A DNA stretch of 64,000 bases, taken from contig CALVCQ010000006.1 in NCBI GenBank assembly GCA_944326115.1, positions 5,292 to 69,291 of the forward strand, written 5' to 3'. Both the position numbers and the translations under genes were made by a program. The DNA is from Candidatus Gastranaerophilales bacterium. Lineage in GTDB: Bacteria; Cyanobacteriota; Vampirovibrionia; Gastranaerophilales; Gastranaerophilaceae. The notes beneath the pieces are model-generated. The model saw only the letters and a program-made list of their open reading frames with translations, was not told where the DNA came from and searched no databases. Shown piece by piece: positions 54,380 to 64,000 of the stretch (position 1 is the first letter of the stretch; every line of letters starts with the position of its first letter).

Positions 54380-56839
54380 CTATTTCTTTATTATCAAAGT
54401 AACAAAAGAATTTGCATCGATATTTAACGGTTCAAATTCTTTTATTTTGTTTAGACTTTTATCCTCCATTGCACTGGTTAAATAAATTGTTTTATATGGC
54501 AGCTGCGTAGAAAATTTTAGTATTTGCGTTTTATCTGATTTATTTACAAATCGAACTGTTAAATTACCGTAATTATCAAGCTTTGCTGTACTTAATAAAA
54601 TATTTTTATTTCCGGAATCAAATAGTTTAAGATTTTCCAAATCAGCCTGTAAAAGCAATGTCGAATTATAAAATTTTTCTGTATCATTTTGCATTTGTGC
54701 AATATTTTTTGCAAAACAGATTGCAAACCTTGCTGTATTTTCCTTTAGCATTTGAAGATCCGGTGTAGGCAGCGGAGGTCCTGCCGGTGTTCCTCGAGTC
54801 GGGTTCTGCGGATTTGAAATTGTTCCGGTTGCTCTTAGCAGTGTTAACCGGAGTTCGTTTTTGTATATTTCGTATTCTTGCAGTCCTTCTGTTATAATTC
54901 CAACCTCCCGGCTCCACAGACATTTTTGCATTGGTGCAGTATTGTGTTTCAGTTCAATACCACGCTGAGCGGGAATGTATTTATAAATATCATAATTAGT
55001 ATCAAATTTTCTTTCAATATAACCGGCTAGATCATCAGAAATTGTTTTATCAACCTCTTTTTCAAGGTTAAATTTTATCTGCAGAATATGGTCTTTTGAT
55101 TTATTTTTCCACTTAATATTAAATTCAGGATAGTTGTTTTGATTCTCCAAAATTACTGACATATATATTATATGACGTTTCTTTTTTGAACTGCGCCCTT
55201 TATCTGTCGATTTTTCAGGTATAAATATTTCAAATTGAATTTCCAGTATGCTTCTTATTCTGCCTTTTTCTTTGATTTTTGACTTGAGTATTTCTGAATG
55301 CAGCGGTTTGTCATTTTTCAGGGCGCCAAAGTTGTAGCTGTCTCCTATATCCGCTCTGTCAATGAATTGTAGAAAATCTTTATAAGTTTTATTGTCCTTT
55401 TTGTCAGTGACAAATATTTTGCCTCTGTTGATGAATAATTTTACAAAATCATTTTCTATAGAATTATTCGTAATTTTTAAAGAACTTTTTGTGTTTATAT
55501 CATTTTTTTCTATTGGTTTGGATGATAGTGCTTTTATATTTTTAATATCAATTAGATATTCATACAGATTTGTATAGTCCTCTGTAACTGGGATTTTTGT
55601 TATCGGGTATACTTTGTTGTCAGGAAATCCGTGAACTGTTTTTATAAGCTGTGCATTATAGAAATCCGGCAGCTTTTTATCAGTTACGATTTTTAGAGCA
55701 CCGGAAAAGTCAAAATTTGAAAGGTTTATAACAGACAATTTATTGTCTGAATATAAGTCTCTTTCGATATTTTTAGAAACAGAATGAAGAATCTCTTCCA
55801 GTTTTAAAAATCTTATCTGATTTTCTTTATGCACATTGTCAATACTGCATCCGTAAATGCTGTCGTGAGGCTGGTTAAGCAATAGCAGTCTGTATGCATA
55901 ATCTATTTCAGACTGATAAGATTTTGTTTTTCCGGTAAAGGAAGTAATCGCCTGCATCGGCTGGCATAATCTGGAAATAAGCCATTGATATTTGCTGTTT
56001 TGCTGCTTTAAATCAATTCTGGAAGATAATACCCCCGGAAGAATAAAATTTCTTTTTGTGCTTCTGAATTCATTTCTAATATTCTTTTTAAAATTCTTTT
56101 TCACTTTCTTCAGATATTCAAAAGGAGTTGTCAGTAAAATTTGATAATCATCGAGCAGTTTATTTACCTCTGCTATCTGTGCAGGCAAATTGTCAGCTGC
56201 AGCTAGATGGTCAGCACCTAACGGCAAAAGTAAAATATCAGAAGAATATTTTGCAATTCTGTCAAGTGTTCTTTTTATCATCTGCGCTTTTTTTTCATAA
56301 GCTGTTTCCAGACTGAAATAGTCATGAAAATAACCCTCTATTAGATATACTGAATTTAAATTATTGAATTTAAACTCAGACTCAAGTTCACCCAACCCTC
56401 TCCAAAATATTGCATAAGGAATATCAAAATATTTAACTATTTGAGGAATATGCGCACTATGTCCGAATGTATCGGCATGATATGCAATAAAATCGTTGCA
56501 TCCAAATTCTTTTGAATAACTTAATCCGATTTGCAGATTCTTAATCAATGACTCCGCATCAACCAGAAAACTGTCCGTAGAACAAAAATATGGTCCGATA
56601 AAAAGTCTTTTCTCTTTTATCAATTTTCTGACAGTCTCTTTATTTTCCGGTTTTATTTCTAAATAATCTTCTAAAGCCAGTGTCTGACCGTCAAAATAAA
56701 ATGAAGGAATTTCGCCTGTGTCGAGTTTATTTAAAACATCGTCAAACACTTCAATTAACCTGACTCTGAATTCTTCAAACTCCCTGTACCACTCCCTATC
56801 CCAGTGAGTATGGATATATGCATATACTTTCTTTTTCAT
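54380..56839 (-). CDS. GH38 alpha-mannosidase / mannosylglycerate hydrolase-like
   Basis: 819-aa ORF. N-terminal YAYIHTHWDREWYREFEEFR is the GH38 metal-site signature. ADTFGHS also present. Confidence 0.85.
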   Translation of the reverse strand: MKKKVYAYIHTHWDREWYREFEEFRVRLIEVFDDVLNKLDTGEIPSFYFDGQTLALEDYLEIKPENKETVRKLIKEKRLFIGPYFCSTDSFLVDAESLIKNLQIGLSYSKEFGCNDFIAYHADTFGHSAHIPQIVKYFDIPYAIFWRGLGELESEFKFNNLNSVYLIEGYFHDYFSLETAYEKKAQMIKRTLDRIAKYSSDILLLPLGADHLAAADNLPAQIAEVNKLLDDYQILLTTPFEYLKKVKKNFKKNIRNEFRSTKRNFILPGVLSSRIDLKQQNSKYQWLISRLCQPMQAITSFTGKTKSYQSEIDYAYRLLLLNQPHDSIYGCSIDNVHKENQIRFLKLEEILHSVSKNIERDLYSDNKLSVINLSNFDFSGALKIVTDKKLPDFYNAQLIKTVHGFPDNKVYPITKIPVTEDYTNLYEYLIDIKNIKALSSKPIEKNDINTKSSLKITNNSIENDFVKLFINRGKIFVTDKKDNKTYKDFLQFIDRADIGDSYNFGALKNDKPLHSEILKSKIKEKGRIRSILEIQFEIFIPEKSTDKGRSSKKKRHIIYMSVILENQNNYPEFNIKWKNKSKDHILQIKFNLEKEVDKTISDDLAGYIERKFDTNYDIYKYIPAQRGIELKHNTAPMQKCLWSREVGIITEGLQEYEIYKNELRLTLLRATGTISNPQNPTRGTPAGPPLPTPDLQMLKENTARFAICFAKNIAQMQNDTEKFYNSTLLLQADLENLKLFDSGNKNILLSTAKLDNYGNLTVRFVNKSDKTQILKFSTQLPYKTIYLTSAMEDKSLNKIKEFEPLNIDANSFVTLIIKK

Positions 56840-56996
56840 ATTTTATATATTAAACTACAAGACGCTTAATGACAAAATATTAAACATTATTTACTATATT
56901 TTAATCTGCCCTAATATAAATAAACGATTTCAAAAAATTATAAATATTATTTAATATAGATAATATTTATAATTTTATATTGGAGATTAGATTAGT

Positions 56997-57764
56997 ATGG
57001 ATTTTACCTCTTTAGTGGGCGTATTCTTCGGGATAGTATGTATTTTAATCGGGCAGGCATTAGAAGGCGGTAATGTCGGACAGCTTTTGCAGATAACAGC
57101 GGCTTTTATTGTATTCGGCGGTACAATGGGTGCGATAATTTTAAGCTTTTCTGCTGTAGAACTTAAAAATGCACTTGTCCTTTTAAAAGATGTTTTTATG
57201 GGAGAAAATGTCAATTTTGATGATTTGATTGCTGAGATTATAAAATTTGCAACAAAAGCCAGAAGAGAGGGAGCAATATCTCTTGAAAAAGAAGCAAGAA
57301 CCGCCTCGGATTCTCTTATGGTGATGGGGTTGGAAGCTGTAGCAGACGGCACTGATCCGGCTTTAGTTAGACAAATGATGGAAACGCAGGTTATGCTTTT
57401 GGAAGAGAAAGTTAACGGAGGTGCAAAAGTTTGGGAATCAGCCGGCGGTTTTTCACCAACAATCGGTATTATCGGTGCTGTTCTGGGGTTGATTCAGGTA
57501 ATGCAGAATTTATCTGATCCTTCAAAATTGGGTGCAGGTATTGCTGTAGCCTTTGTTGCCACGGTTTATGGTGTTGGTGCTGCGAACCTCATTTTTATTC
57601 CTTTTTCAACAAAATTAAAATTTAAGTATAAAAAAGTATTCTTAAAGAAAGAAATGATAATAGAAGGTATTCTCGCAATTCAGGCTGGAGAAAGCCCTGC
57701 TTTGATTGAGAGAAAATTGCAGGCATACATTCTTGACAGTCATATGAAAGAAGAAGCTGTATAA
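56997..57764 (+). CDS. motA: flagellar stator protein MotA/PomA family
   Basis: 255-aa, 4-TM ORF with N-terminus MDFTSLVGVFFGIVCILIGQALEGGN and PTIGIIGAVLGLIQ...AFVATVYGVGAANLIFIP. Followed 1 nt later by motB. Confidence 0.85.
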   Translation: MDFTSLVGVFFGIVCILIGQALEGGNVGQLLQITAAFIVFGGTMGAIILSFSAVELKNALVLLKDVFMGENVNFDDLIAEIIKFATKARREGAISLEKEARTASDSLMVMGLEAVADGTDPALVRQMMETQVMLLEEKVNGGAKVWESAGGFSPTIGIIGAVLGLIQVMQNLSDPSKLGAGIAVAFVATVYGVGAANLIFIPFSTKLKFKYKKVFLKKEMIIEGILAIQAGESPALIERKLQAYILDSHMKEEAV

Positions 57765-57765
57765 A

Positions 57766-58764
57766 ATGGCAAGAAAAAAGAAACCGGAAGAACATGAAAA
57801 TTTAGAGCGTTGGCTTGTCTCTTATTCGGACTTTATGACGCTTATTTTTGCTACTTTTGTTGTCCTTTATGGACTTTCGCAAGCTAATGTTAATGAGTTT
57901 AAAAAAATTGAAGAATCTCTAAAAAAAGCTTTTTCCGTGCAGTCAATATTAGATGGCGGTAGCGGGGTCATGTCTTCCGGAGAGTCAGTCCTTGATGCAA
58001 GTGCAGCAAATTCCATGATAGATTCACTTATGATGGAATACATAAGTCAGCGATATGAACAGGAATCTTACGACCAGATAAAAAAAGAAATCGAGGATAT
58101 GGCAAAATCCGGAGAGCTTAACGGCGTCAGTGCAACGATTGATGACAGAGGGCTTGTAATTACAATAACTGATAAAGGTGTTTTATTCCCGTCCGGTTCT
58201 GCTGAACTGCCTGAGAGCGCTAAAAAAAATCTTGATACAATCGGAAAACTGATTGTTCAAAAATTTGCAATGCATGCAATAAAAGTTGAAGGGCATACAG
58301 ACAGTGTTCCAATTTCAGGCGGAAAATATCCTTCTAACTGGGAGTTATCTTCAGCAAGAGCTTCTTCCATTGTCAGATATTTAATTAACAGATTTAAAAT
58401 ACTTCCGGATTTAATGTCAGCTGTGGGGTATGCCGACACAAGACCTGTAGACACGGGTAAAGATGCAGCTTCTCTGGCAAAGAACAGACGTGTTGAAATT
58501 GTTGTTCAGCGAAACCAGTACAAAAATCTTGATCATTACCAGAATACCTATATAAAAATGGGAAAAACTGAGCAGCAAAGAAGAAGAAATGAACAAATAA
58601 AAATTATAAGAGAAATTGATAACCAGCAAATCCAGTCTCTTGGAGAAGACATCAAACATTCTTCAGGTATGTCAGACAGTAATGATACTTATGAAGAAAT
58701 AAACAATGATTTTCTGGATGAGTCAGAACGGCTGGAAAAATTATCAAACCCTGCTGCAAATTAA
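57766..58764 (+). CDS. motB: flagellar stator protein MotB (OmpA-like peptidoglycan-binding C-terminus)
   Basis: 332-aa ORF with WLVSYSDFMTLIFATFVVLY (conserved Asp in the TM helix) and an OmpA-like region NWELSSARASSIVRYL...NRRVEIV. Confidence 0.85.
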   Translation: MARKKKPEEHENLERWLVSYSDFMTLIFATFVVLYGLSQANVNEFKKIEESLKKAFSVQSILDGGSGVMSSGESVLDASAANSMIDSLMMEYISQRYEQESYDQIKKEIEDMAKSGELNGVSATIDDRGLVITITDKGVLFPSGSAELPESAKKNLDTIGKLIVQKFAMHAIKVEGHTDSVPISGGKYPSNWELSSARASSIVRYLINRFKILPDLMSAVGYADTRPVDTGKDAASLAKNRRVEIVVQRNQYKNLDHYQNTYIKMGKTEQQRRRNEQIKIIREIDNQQIQSLGEDIKHSSGMSDSNDTYEEINNDFLDESERLEKLSNPAAN

Positions 58765-58788
58765 GTATTAGTTTTCTGTAATATATTT

Positions 58789-60084
58789 TTGTTTTATAAT
58801 CTTTTTACGGGTAATTTTGTGAGGATAATTTTGCAGAACATTAAGCTGACAAAATTTATAATCATATCACTGCTTTTGGGAATAGCTGTCGGTATATTAT
58901 TTCCTGATTTTGCCGTCAAACTTTCGCCTCTTGCAATGATGTTTTTAAATATGGTGAAAATGATAATTGCACCGCTTCTTTTTGCTACTCTTGTCATTGG
59001 TATTGCAGGACATGGCGATATAAAAAGTTTAGGAAAAATAGGCTTTAAGACTATTATATATTTTGAAATAGTAACAGTATTTGCTTTGTTGATAGGTCTT
59101 GGAGTCGGTCATTTTACACAACCAGGTGCAGGAATAGACAACACAGCGTCTATTTCTTCATCCTATATGGATACTGTCACTGCAATGAGTCATGGAAGCT
59201 ATCATACATCATTGAGGCAGCTGGTTGTTGATATATTCCCTTCCAGTGTTGTTAAATCGATGGCAGAAGGGAACCTGCTTCAGATAGTTGTATTTAGTCT
59301 GTTTTTCGCACTTGCTATTTGTGCTGTCGGACACAAAGCAAAACCAATAATGGATTTTTTAAATTCATTGTCTGAGGTCATGTTCAAATTTACTGAATAT
59401 GTAATGTGGTTTGCCCCGGTTGGTGTATTCGCCGCAATCGCAAGCACTATTGGCGGCAGCGGCATTGTGATTTTGAAAAACTATATAAAAATTGTTTTTT
59501 CCCTTTATTTTGCGTTGATTATTTTTCTTATTTTTATTATTTTTCTTGTCTGTAAAATAGTCAAAATCCCTATAGTCGGTCTGTTAAAGACATTAAAAGA
59601 TCCGGCTTTGCTGGCATTTTCTACAGCCAGTTCCGAAGCAGCGCTGCCAAAAGCAATGGAAGAAATGGAAAAATTTGGAGTTCCAAAAAATATTGTAGGT
59701 TTTGTTATGCCGACAGGATATACTTTTAATCTTGACGGAAGCACTCTTTATCTTTCCATGGCAGTACTTTTTGCAACACAGCTTGTCGGTATAGATTTAT
59801 CCTTTCAGCATCAAGTTATTATAATGCTGGCATTGATGTTTACATCAAAAGGTGTTGCCGGAGTCCCGAGAGCAGCACTTGTTGTGCTGGCGGGTACTTT
59901 ATCCAGTCTGAACTACCCCCTGATTGGTGTTGCTATACTAATGGGAATAGATCAAATTCTTGATATGGGTAGAACTACCGTGAATCTTGTCGGAAATTGT
60001 ATAGCTACAATATTTATTGCAAGATGGGAAAATGAGTTTGACTATGAAAAAATGAATAACTATCTTAACTCAAAAGATGTTTAA
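58789..60084 (+). CDS. dicarboxylate/amino acid:cation symporter (DAACS/GltP family)
   Basis: Multi-TM ORF with SSEAALP, GYTFNLDGSTLY and GVAGVPRAALVVL motifs. Start uncertain: track TTG at 58789, or GTG at 58819. Confidence 0.82.
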   Translation: MFYNLFTGNFVRIILQNIKLTKFIIISLLLGIAVGILFPDFAVKLSPLAMMFLNMVKMIIAPLLFATLVIGIAGHGDIKSLGKIGFKTIIYFEIVTVFALLIGLGVGHFTQPGAGIDNTASISSSYMDTVTAMSHGSYHTSLRQLVVDIFPSSVVKSMAEGNLLQIVVFSLFFALAICAVGHKAKPIMDFLNSLSEVMFKFTEYVMWFAPVGVFAAIASTIGGSGIVILKNYIKIVFSLYFALIIFLIFIIFLVCKIVKIPIVGLLKTLKDPALLAFSTASSEAALPKAMEEMEKFGVPKNIVGFVMPTGYTFNLDGSTLYLSMAVLFATQLVGIDLSFQHQVIIMLALMFTSKGVAGVPRAALVVLAGTLSSLNYPLIGVAILMGIDQILDMGRTTVNLVGNCIATIFIARWENEFDYEKMNNYLNSKDV

Positions 60085-60144
60085 AATTCTATACTTGTTG
60101 TATAATTTTTTTGTGGCAGATATATACAAGATTGGCGGGTTCCT

Positions 60145-61098
60145 ATGCTTCAAATCTTTAAAACCCAGGGGGATAAATCTTTAAAAGAATTTTCTATAAA
60201 TGAATTTGAGCAGGGTTCATGGTTTAATCTTATAAAACCTACTGCTGATGAGATAAAACAGGTTGCAAATGCATTAAATATCGATGCTGATTTTTTAAGA
60301 GATTCATTAGACTCTGAGGAGCGTTCACGTATCGAACTCGATGATGATAAATTGTTAATCATCACAAATATACCTATGATGGAAGATGAAAACAGCTTTG
60401 ATACATTACCGTTAGGTGTTATTTTAACGCCGGATAACATAGTTACAGTTTCTTTAAAAGAAAACAGAATCATTTCATTCTTCAATCAGGATACAACAAA
60501 ACTATTCGATACTTCTGACAGAACACGATTTTTATTTCAAATACTGTTCAGATCAACAAAATTTTATCTGCGTTATCTGGAACATATTAACCGTCATACA
60601 GATAAAATAGAGGTTGAATTAAGACGAACAATGAAAAACAGAGCATTATTTCAGCTTCTGGATGTCCAAAAGTCGCTTGTATATTTTACAACAGCATTGA
60701 AGGATAACGGAAGAGTTCTTGAAAAGCTGAGCAGGTTTAAAAAATTCAGCGGTTTTTCAACATTTATGAATTATAACGAAGAAATCGAAGATTTAATGGA
60801 AGATGTAATAATCGAAAATAAGCAGGCTGTAGAAATGGTAGAAATGCACAGAAACATTCTCGAAAGCATGATGGATGCATTTGCTTCAATTATTTCTAAC
60901 AATTTGAACATAGTAATGAAATTTTTGACATCCGTTACCATCATACTTGCAATTCCGACTATGGTAGCAAGCTTTTGGGGAATGAATGTAGAGGTGCCCA
61001 TGGCGGGAGGACATTTTGCATTTTTATTTATTTTGATATTTTCACTAATTCTTGCTGCAATTATAGCTGTTTTACTTGCAAGAAAGGGGCTTTTTTAA
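60145..61098 (+). CDS. corA: magnesium/cobalt transporter CorA
   Basis: 317-aa ORF with two C-terminal TM helices and the signature FWGMNVEVP (GMN). Confidence 0.88.
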   Translation: MLQIFKTQGDKSLKEFSINEFEQGSWFNLIKPTADEIKQVANALNIDADFLRDSLDSEERSRIELDDDKLLIITNIPMMEDENSFDTLPLGVILTPDNIVTVSLKENRIISFFNQDTTKLFDTSDRTRFLFQILFRSTKFYLRYLEHINRHTDKIEVELRRTMKNRALFQLLDVQKSLVYFTTALKDNGRVLEKLSRFKKFSGFSTFMNYNEEIEDLMEDVIIENKQAVEMVEMHRNILESMMDAFASIISNNLNIVMKFLTSVTIILAIPTMVASFWGMNVEVPMAGGHFAFLFILIFSLILAAIIAVLLARKGLF

Positions 61099-61206
61099 AT
61101 CATTAAATTATTGTAACAATGTTCTTAAAATTTGGAGCATGATTAGCAAATTATTTTGTTTTTGGTCTTAATATTTATAGTCAGTGTGTTATGTGAGGTT
61201 GATATA

Positions 61207-64000
61207 GTGTATACGAGAATTGTTAATTTTAATGTTAATTCAAATTATAATAAATACAAAAGTAACAAAAAAAATCATACAAATCCCAGTTTTTCCGGAC
61301 ATATTTTAAAGAAAGATTCTCACGGAAATAATGTATACACTTTCTTTTTGCCAAATGCGCCAAAGGGTTCAAAGGTTATTTTAACAAGACTTGAGGATAA
61401 CGGTAATAAAGAATTCACCTCTCCTTCACCAATAGTAAACGGAAAACGTGCTTTTAAAACAATAGAAAAAGAATTAACAGGAACTGTTCCGTCATATTCT
61501 CTTTATGCTGATGATTTTAATCTTGATGCCGGATCTGTAATCGGATATAAATTCAAGATAAACGGACAAGAAAAATGCACTTATGACAATACTGCCAAAG
61601 CTTTTATAAACGGAATAGGAAATGAAGAAGGTACATTTACAATTGCGACGCCTCTTTGGACTGCAAATTCAACAAAACCCCGTGTTATAGAACATATTGT
61701 TCCTGATTCATTTAATGTAAACGAAGATGTAAAAGCAAAAAGAAATCATTTTAATCGTCTTGGCGGAACGATTGAATCGGTCAGAGATAAAATAAACACA
61801 CTAAAGACTAACGGAATTACGGCTATACTCGGAACACCTCTTTTCGGGCTTGATCATTCAAGCCATGGTTACTGGACACTGAATCCTTATCAAATAACAG
61901 AAGAATTAGGCAATGTAACTAAATTTAAAAATCTTATGCTTGATTTGTATAAAAACGACATGAGATGGATAGCGGATGGTGCTTTTGTAAATGAAGGTGT
62001 ACAGGGTATCCATGTTTCAGATATCGCTTACTGGGGGGACAAAAGTCCTGCTGTAGACATGTTTGAAACAAAAGATCTTGAGAATTTACCTATCAGGTTT
62101 GGCGCATTATCAAAAAATCCCGCAATAAGCAAACATATACATCTTAAACCTGTTAATGCTCCTTATAAAATTGTTTTTGAAAAAGATCAAGACGGGCATT
62201 ATATAGAAAAGGAAGTAAAGAAAAATGAAAGTTTTAATCCGTCAAAACCTTCATTCGTTCAATTATTTGATGACAGACTTGCTTCTTTAGAACAGATGAA
62301 TGGAGATTTCGTATTTTCTGTATATGCAAAAAAAGAAACTGACAACAATTTTGAAATTTCTAACTACAGAGATTCTGTTCAACCTTATTATCATAAAGTT
62401 ACGTCACAGGAAGTTGTAGATAACTATAAAAAATACAAAGAAGTCCATTCTATTGATAAAAGCATAGAGTTTAAGAATCTTCTTACAAAGTGGACTAATT
62501 TTGAATTTGTAGAATCTAATAAAGATGGTGGTATAGCGCTCTGGGTAGGTAACAGTGATATTTCAAAAAAACGTTTTATTACACCCGAAAATGCTTTGCC
62601 GGAAGGGTTATCTCAGGATAGATACAAACAAAAAATGGCTGCTCAGTATCAGGTACAGGATGACACTCTTCAAGTAGGTAAGTTCTGGACAAATGAAGTA
62701 GCCAGAACACTAGTTGAATATACAGCAAGAACAATTAAAGAAAAAATGAATTCATCTGAAAATAAATTGACATATCATCAAGCTGTAGAATCTTTGATTA
62801 AAGAAGGTAAATTACCGAAGACTGCAGAAGCAATATTAGAGAAAGACTCTGAAAATCTGTCACCTCTTGACAATATACTTGCTGCAAATATGTGGGGAGA
62901 CGGAAGAGATTATAAACTGACAGCAACAAAAATGCCGGAAAATGTAGCAGATGGCATGATGTCTTATCCGTTTGAATCAATTGAATTTTCTCCTGATTTA
63001 GTCAGTGTGTTTTCCTATCCTTATATAAAAAATCTTGCAGTCAGTGAAGATACGGTCGGAAAATCAAGATATGATTTTTATAAAATGGGTGATAAATACT
63101 ATGAAATGATGCCGGACAGATACAGAGATTTGTATAAAAAATCAGATAAATTTATTGCTCAAGACATGACAAATCAAGCAGAAAGTATTCTGCATAAACT
63201 TTCCCAAAAACTCGGAAAACAGTTAGTTCTTGAGAACGGAAAATTAACGGAAGAAGGAAAAGAAATCTATTCCTTAATTTATCCCGATATTGCAAAATTC
63301 CTTATTGTTTCTTCTTTAAATCCACAAATTAAGCCTGATTATAAAAATACAAAAATGTTGGAATATAATGTATCAGATCTTAAAAATATAAGTTTTAATT
63401 CTTTAAACTTACAGTATGAAGAAACGCCTCATGATGCAGCTGAAAGCCTTATTAATAAACTACAGACAGGTATAAACGAAATTCCGGCTGATAGTATTGA
63501 TAATTTTGTAAATCATCTTTTTAAAAGATTGAAGGATATTGATTCTGACTCAATAAATGTAGCTAAATTAATAATTGAACAAACTGAATCTGGTTTGGAC
63601 TGGAGAATAGATGCAGCAAAAGATGTCGGCGATTTCGAATCCGTTGAGGATGGCGTTCTTGACAGAGATGCTAACATTAATCATATAATGGATTTCTGGA
63701 AAAAATTTAATAAAGCGGTTAGAGAATACAATCCACGCTCTTACACAATAGGAGAATTAACGGATTGGGAAGCTAATGAATTAGAATTTGTTCCTAAGAC
63801 AGAATTTTCAACAGTTTCTGATTACAAATATTTTTATTCATTCCTGCCAAAACTCTACGGCAAGAATAGCGATGCAGAAACGGAAGATAAATATAGAGAA
63901 AAGGTGTATGACAAACTGAACGAATTTCTGAATTCAGGATATGCAGAAACTGTCAATTTTGCACACAGGTTTGTCGGAAACCATGATAAGCCAAGAATGT
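61207..64000 (+). CDS. GH13-like glycoside hydrolase with very large insertion between catalytic regions I and II (3' end beyond the window)
   Basis: I read this frame through by hand and found no stop codon from 61147 to the window end; it is not in the ORF track because it is incomplete. GTG at 61207 has GAGGT 7 nt upstream. GH13 regions: WIADGAFVNEG (I), LDWRIDAAKD (II), YTIGELTDW (III), FVGNHDKPR (IV). PSFSG at aa 27-31. Confidence 0.75.
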   Translation, partial: MYTRIVNFNVNSNYNKYKSNKKNHTNPSFSGHILKKDSHGNNVYTFFLPNAPKGSKVILTRLEDNGNKEFTSPSPIVNGKRAFKTIEKELTGTVPSYSLYADDFNLDAGSVIGYKFKINGQEKCTYDNTAKAFINGIGNEEGTFTIATPLWTANSTKPRVIEHIVPDSFNVNEDVKAKRNHFNRLGGTIESVRDKINTLKTNGITAILGTPLFGLDHSSHGYWTLNPYQITEELGNVTKFKNLMLDLYKNDMRWIADGAFVNEGVQGIHVSDIAYWGDKSPAVDMFETKDLENLPIRFGALSKNPAISKHIHLKPVNAPYKIVFEKDQDGHYIEKEVKKNESFNPSKPSFVQLFDDRLASLEQMNGDFVFSVYAKKETDNNFEISNYRDSVQPYYHKVTSQEVVDNYKKYKEVHSIDKSIEFKNLLTKWTNFEFVESNKDGGIALWVGNSDISKKRFITPENALPEGLSQDRYKQKMAAQYQVQDDTLQVGKFWTNEVARTLVEYTARTIKEKMNSSENKLTYHQAVESLIKEGKLPKTAEAILEKDSENLSPLDNILAANMWGDGRDYKLTATKMPENVADGMMSYPFESIEFSPDLVSVFSYPYIKNLAVSEDTVGKSRYDFYKMGDKYYEMMPDRYRDLYKKSDKFIAQDMTNQAESILHKLSQKLGKQLVLENGKLTEEGKEIYSLIYPDIAKFLIVSSLNPQIKPDYKNTKMLEYNVSDLKNISFNSLNLQYEETPHDAAESLINKLQTGINEIPADSIDNFVNHLFKRLKDIDSDSINVAKLIIEQTESGLDWRIDAAKDVGDFESVEDGVLDRDANINHIMDFWKKFNKAVREYNPRSYTIGELTDWEANELEFVPKTEFSTVSDYKYFYSFLPKLYGKNSDAETEDKYREKVYDKLNEFLNSGYAETVNFAHRFVGNHDKPRM

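Noticed and set aside
56987-57352. 121-aa minus-strand ORF
   Set aside because: Antisense to motA, whose translation is clearly MotA-like.
56997-58764. MotA/MotB pair as ZorA/ZorB of a Zorya defence system
   Set aside because: MotA is of ordinary stator length (255 aa, with no long ZorA-type tail). MotB has a standard plug, TM helix and OmpA-like layout. No ZorC/D/E-like genes are adjacent, and the helicase is 6 kb away and separated by unrelated genes.
1-64000. CRISPR arrays, IS elements, reverse transcriptases (retron/DGR/group II intron), prophage genes
   Set aside because: I scanned intergenic regions and ORF translations. No regularly spaced short repeats, no transposase, RT or capsid-like motifs, and no terminal inverted repeats bounding an ORF were seen.

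Overview
AT-rich (by eye about one-third G+C, not computed) bacterial chromosome segment, standard genetic code, densely coding on both strands. Mostly housekeeping: part of the rpmG / tRNA-Trp / secE / nusG / rplK cluster, aspS, ruvC, ispF, yidC, prmC, murI, xerC/D-like recombinase. Lipid A genes lie in two blocks (lpxB-lpxI; lpxD-lpxC-fabZ-lpxA). Also present: an SLH-domain envelope protein, a MotA/MotB stator pair, an anaerobe-type oxidative stress set (desulfoferrodoxin, ferritin, reverse rubrerythrin), a GGDEF/HD-GYP protein, and two GH13 and one GH38 glycosidases. This fits a flagellated, LPS-bearing anaerobic diderm; Melainabacteria-like is only a guess. No CRISPR array, transposase, prophage or reverse transcriptase was seen. 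Items for a second look: (1) all three tRNA genes (Trp, Gln, Pro) are flanked by partial copies of their own ends enclosing short G+C-rich inserts, including a 141-bp tandem repeat; (2) an operon with one intact AAA+ ATPase and two Walker-A-less paralogues sharing an 84-bp identical block, next to a membrane-anchored SF2 helicase; (3) an N-terminal [ST]-F-[KRQ]-G-type motif on several unrelated proteins that lack signal peptides; (4) a GH13 enzyme with a very large insertion between catalytic regions I and II; (5) palindromic operators over the dfx and rubrerythrin promoters; (6) a C-rich structured intergenic element. Functional calls rest on motifs I recognise by eye; no searches were run.
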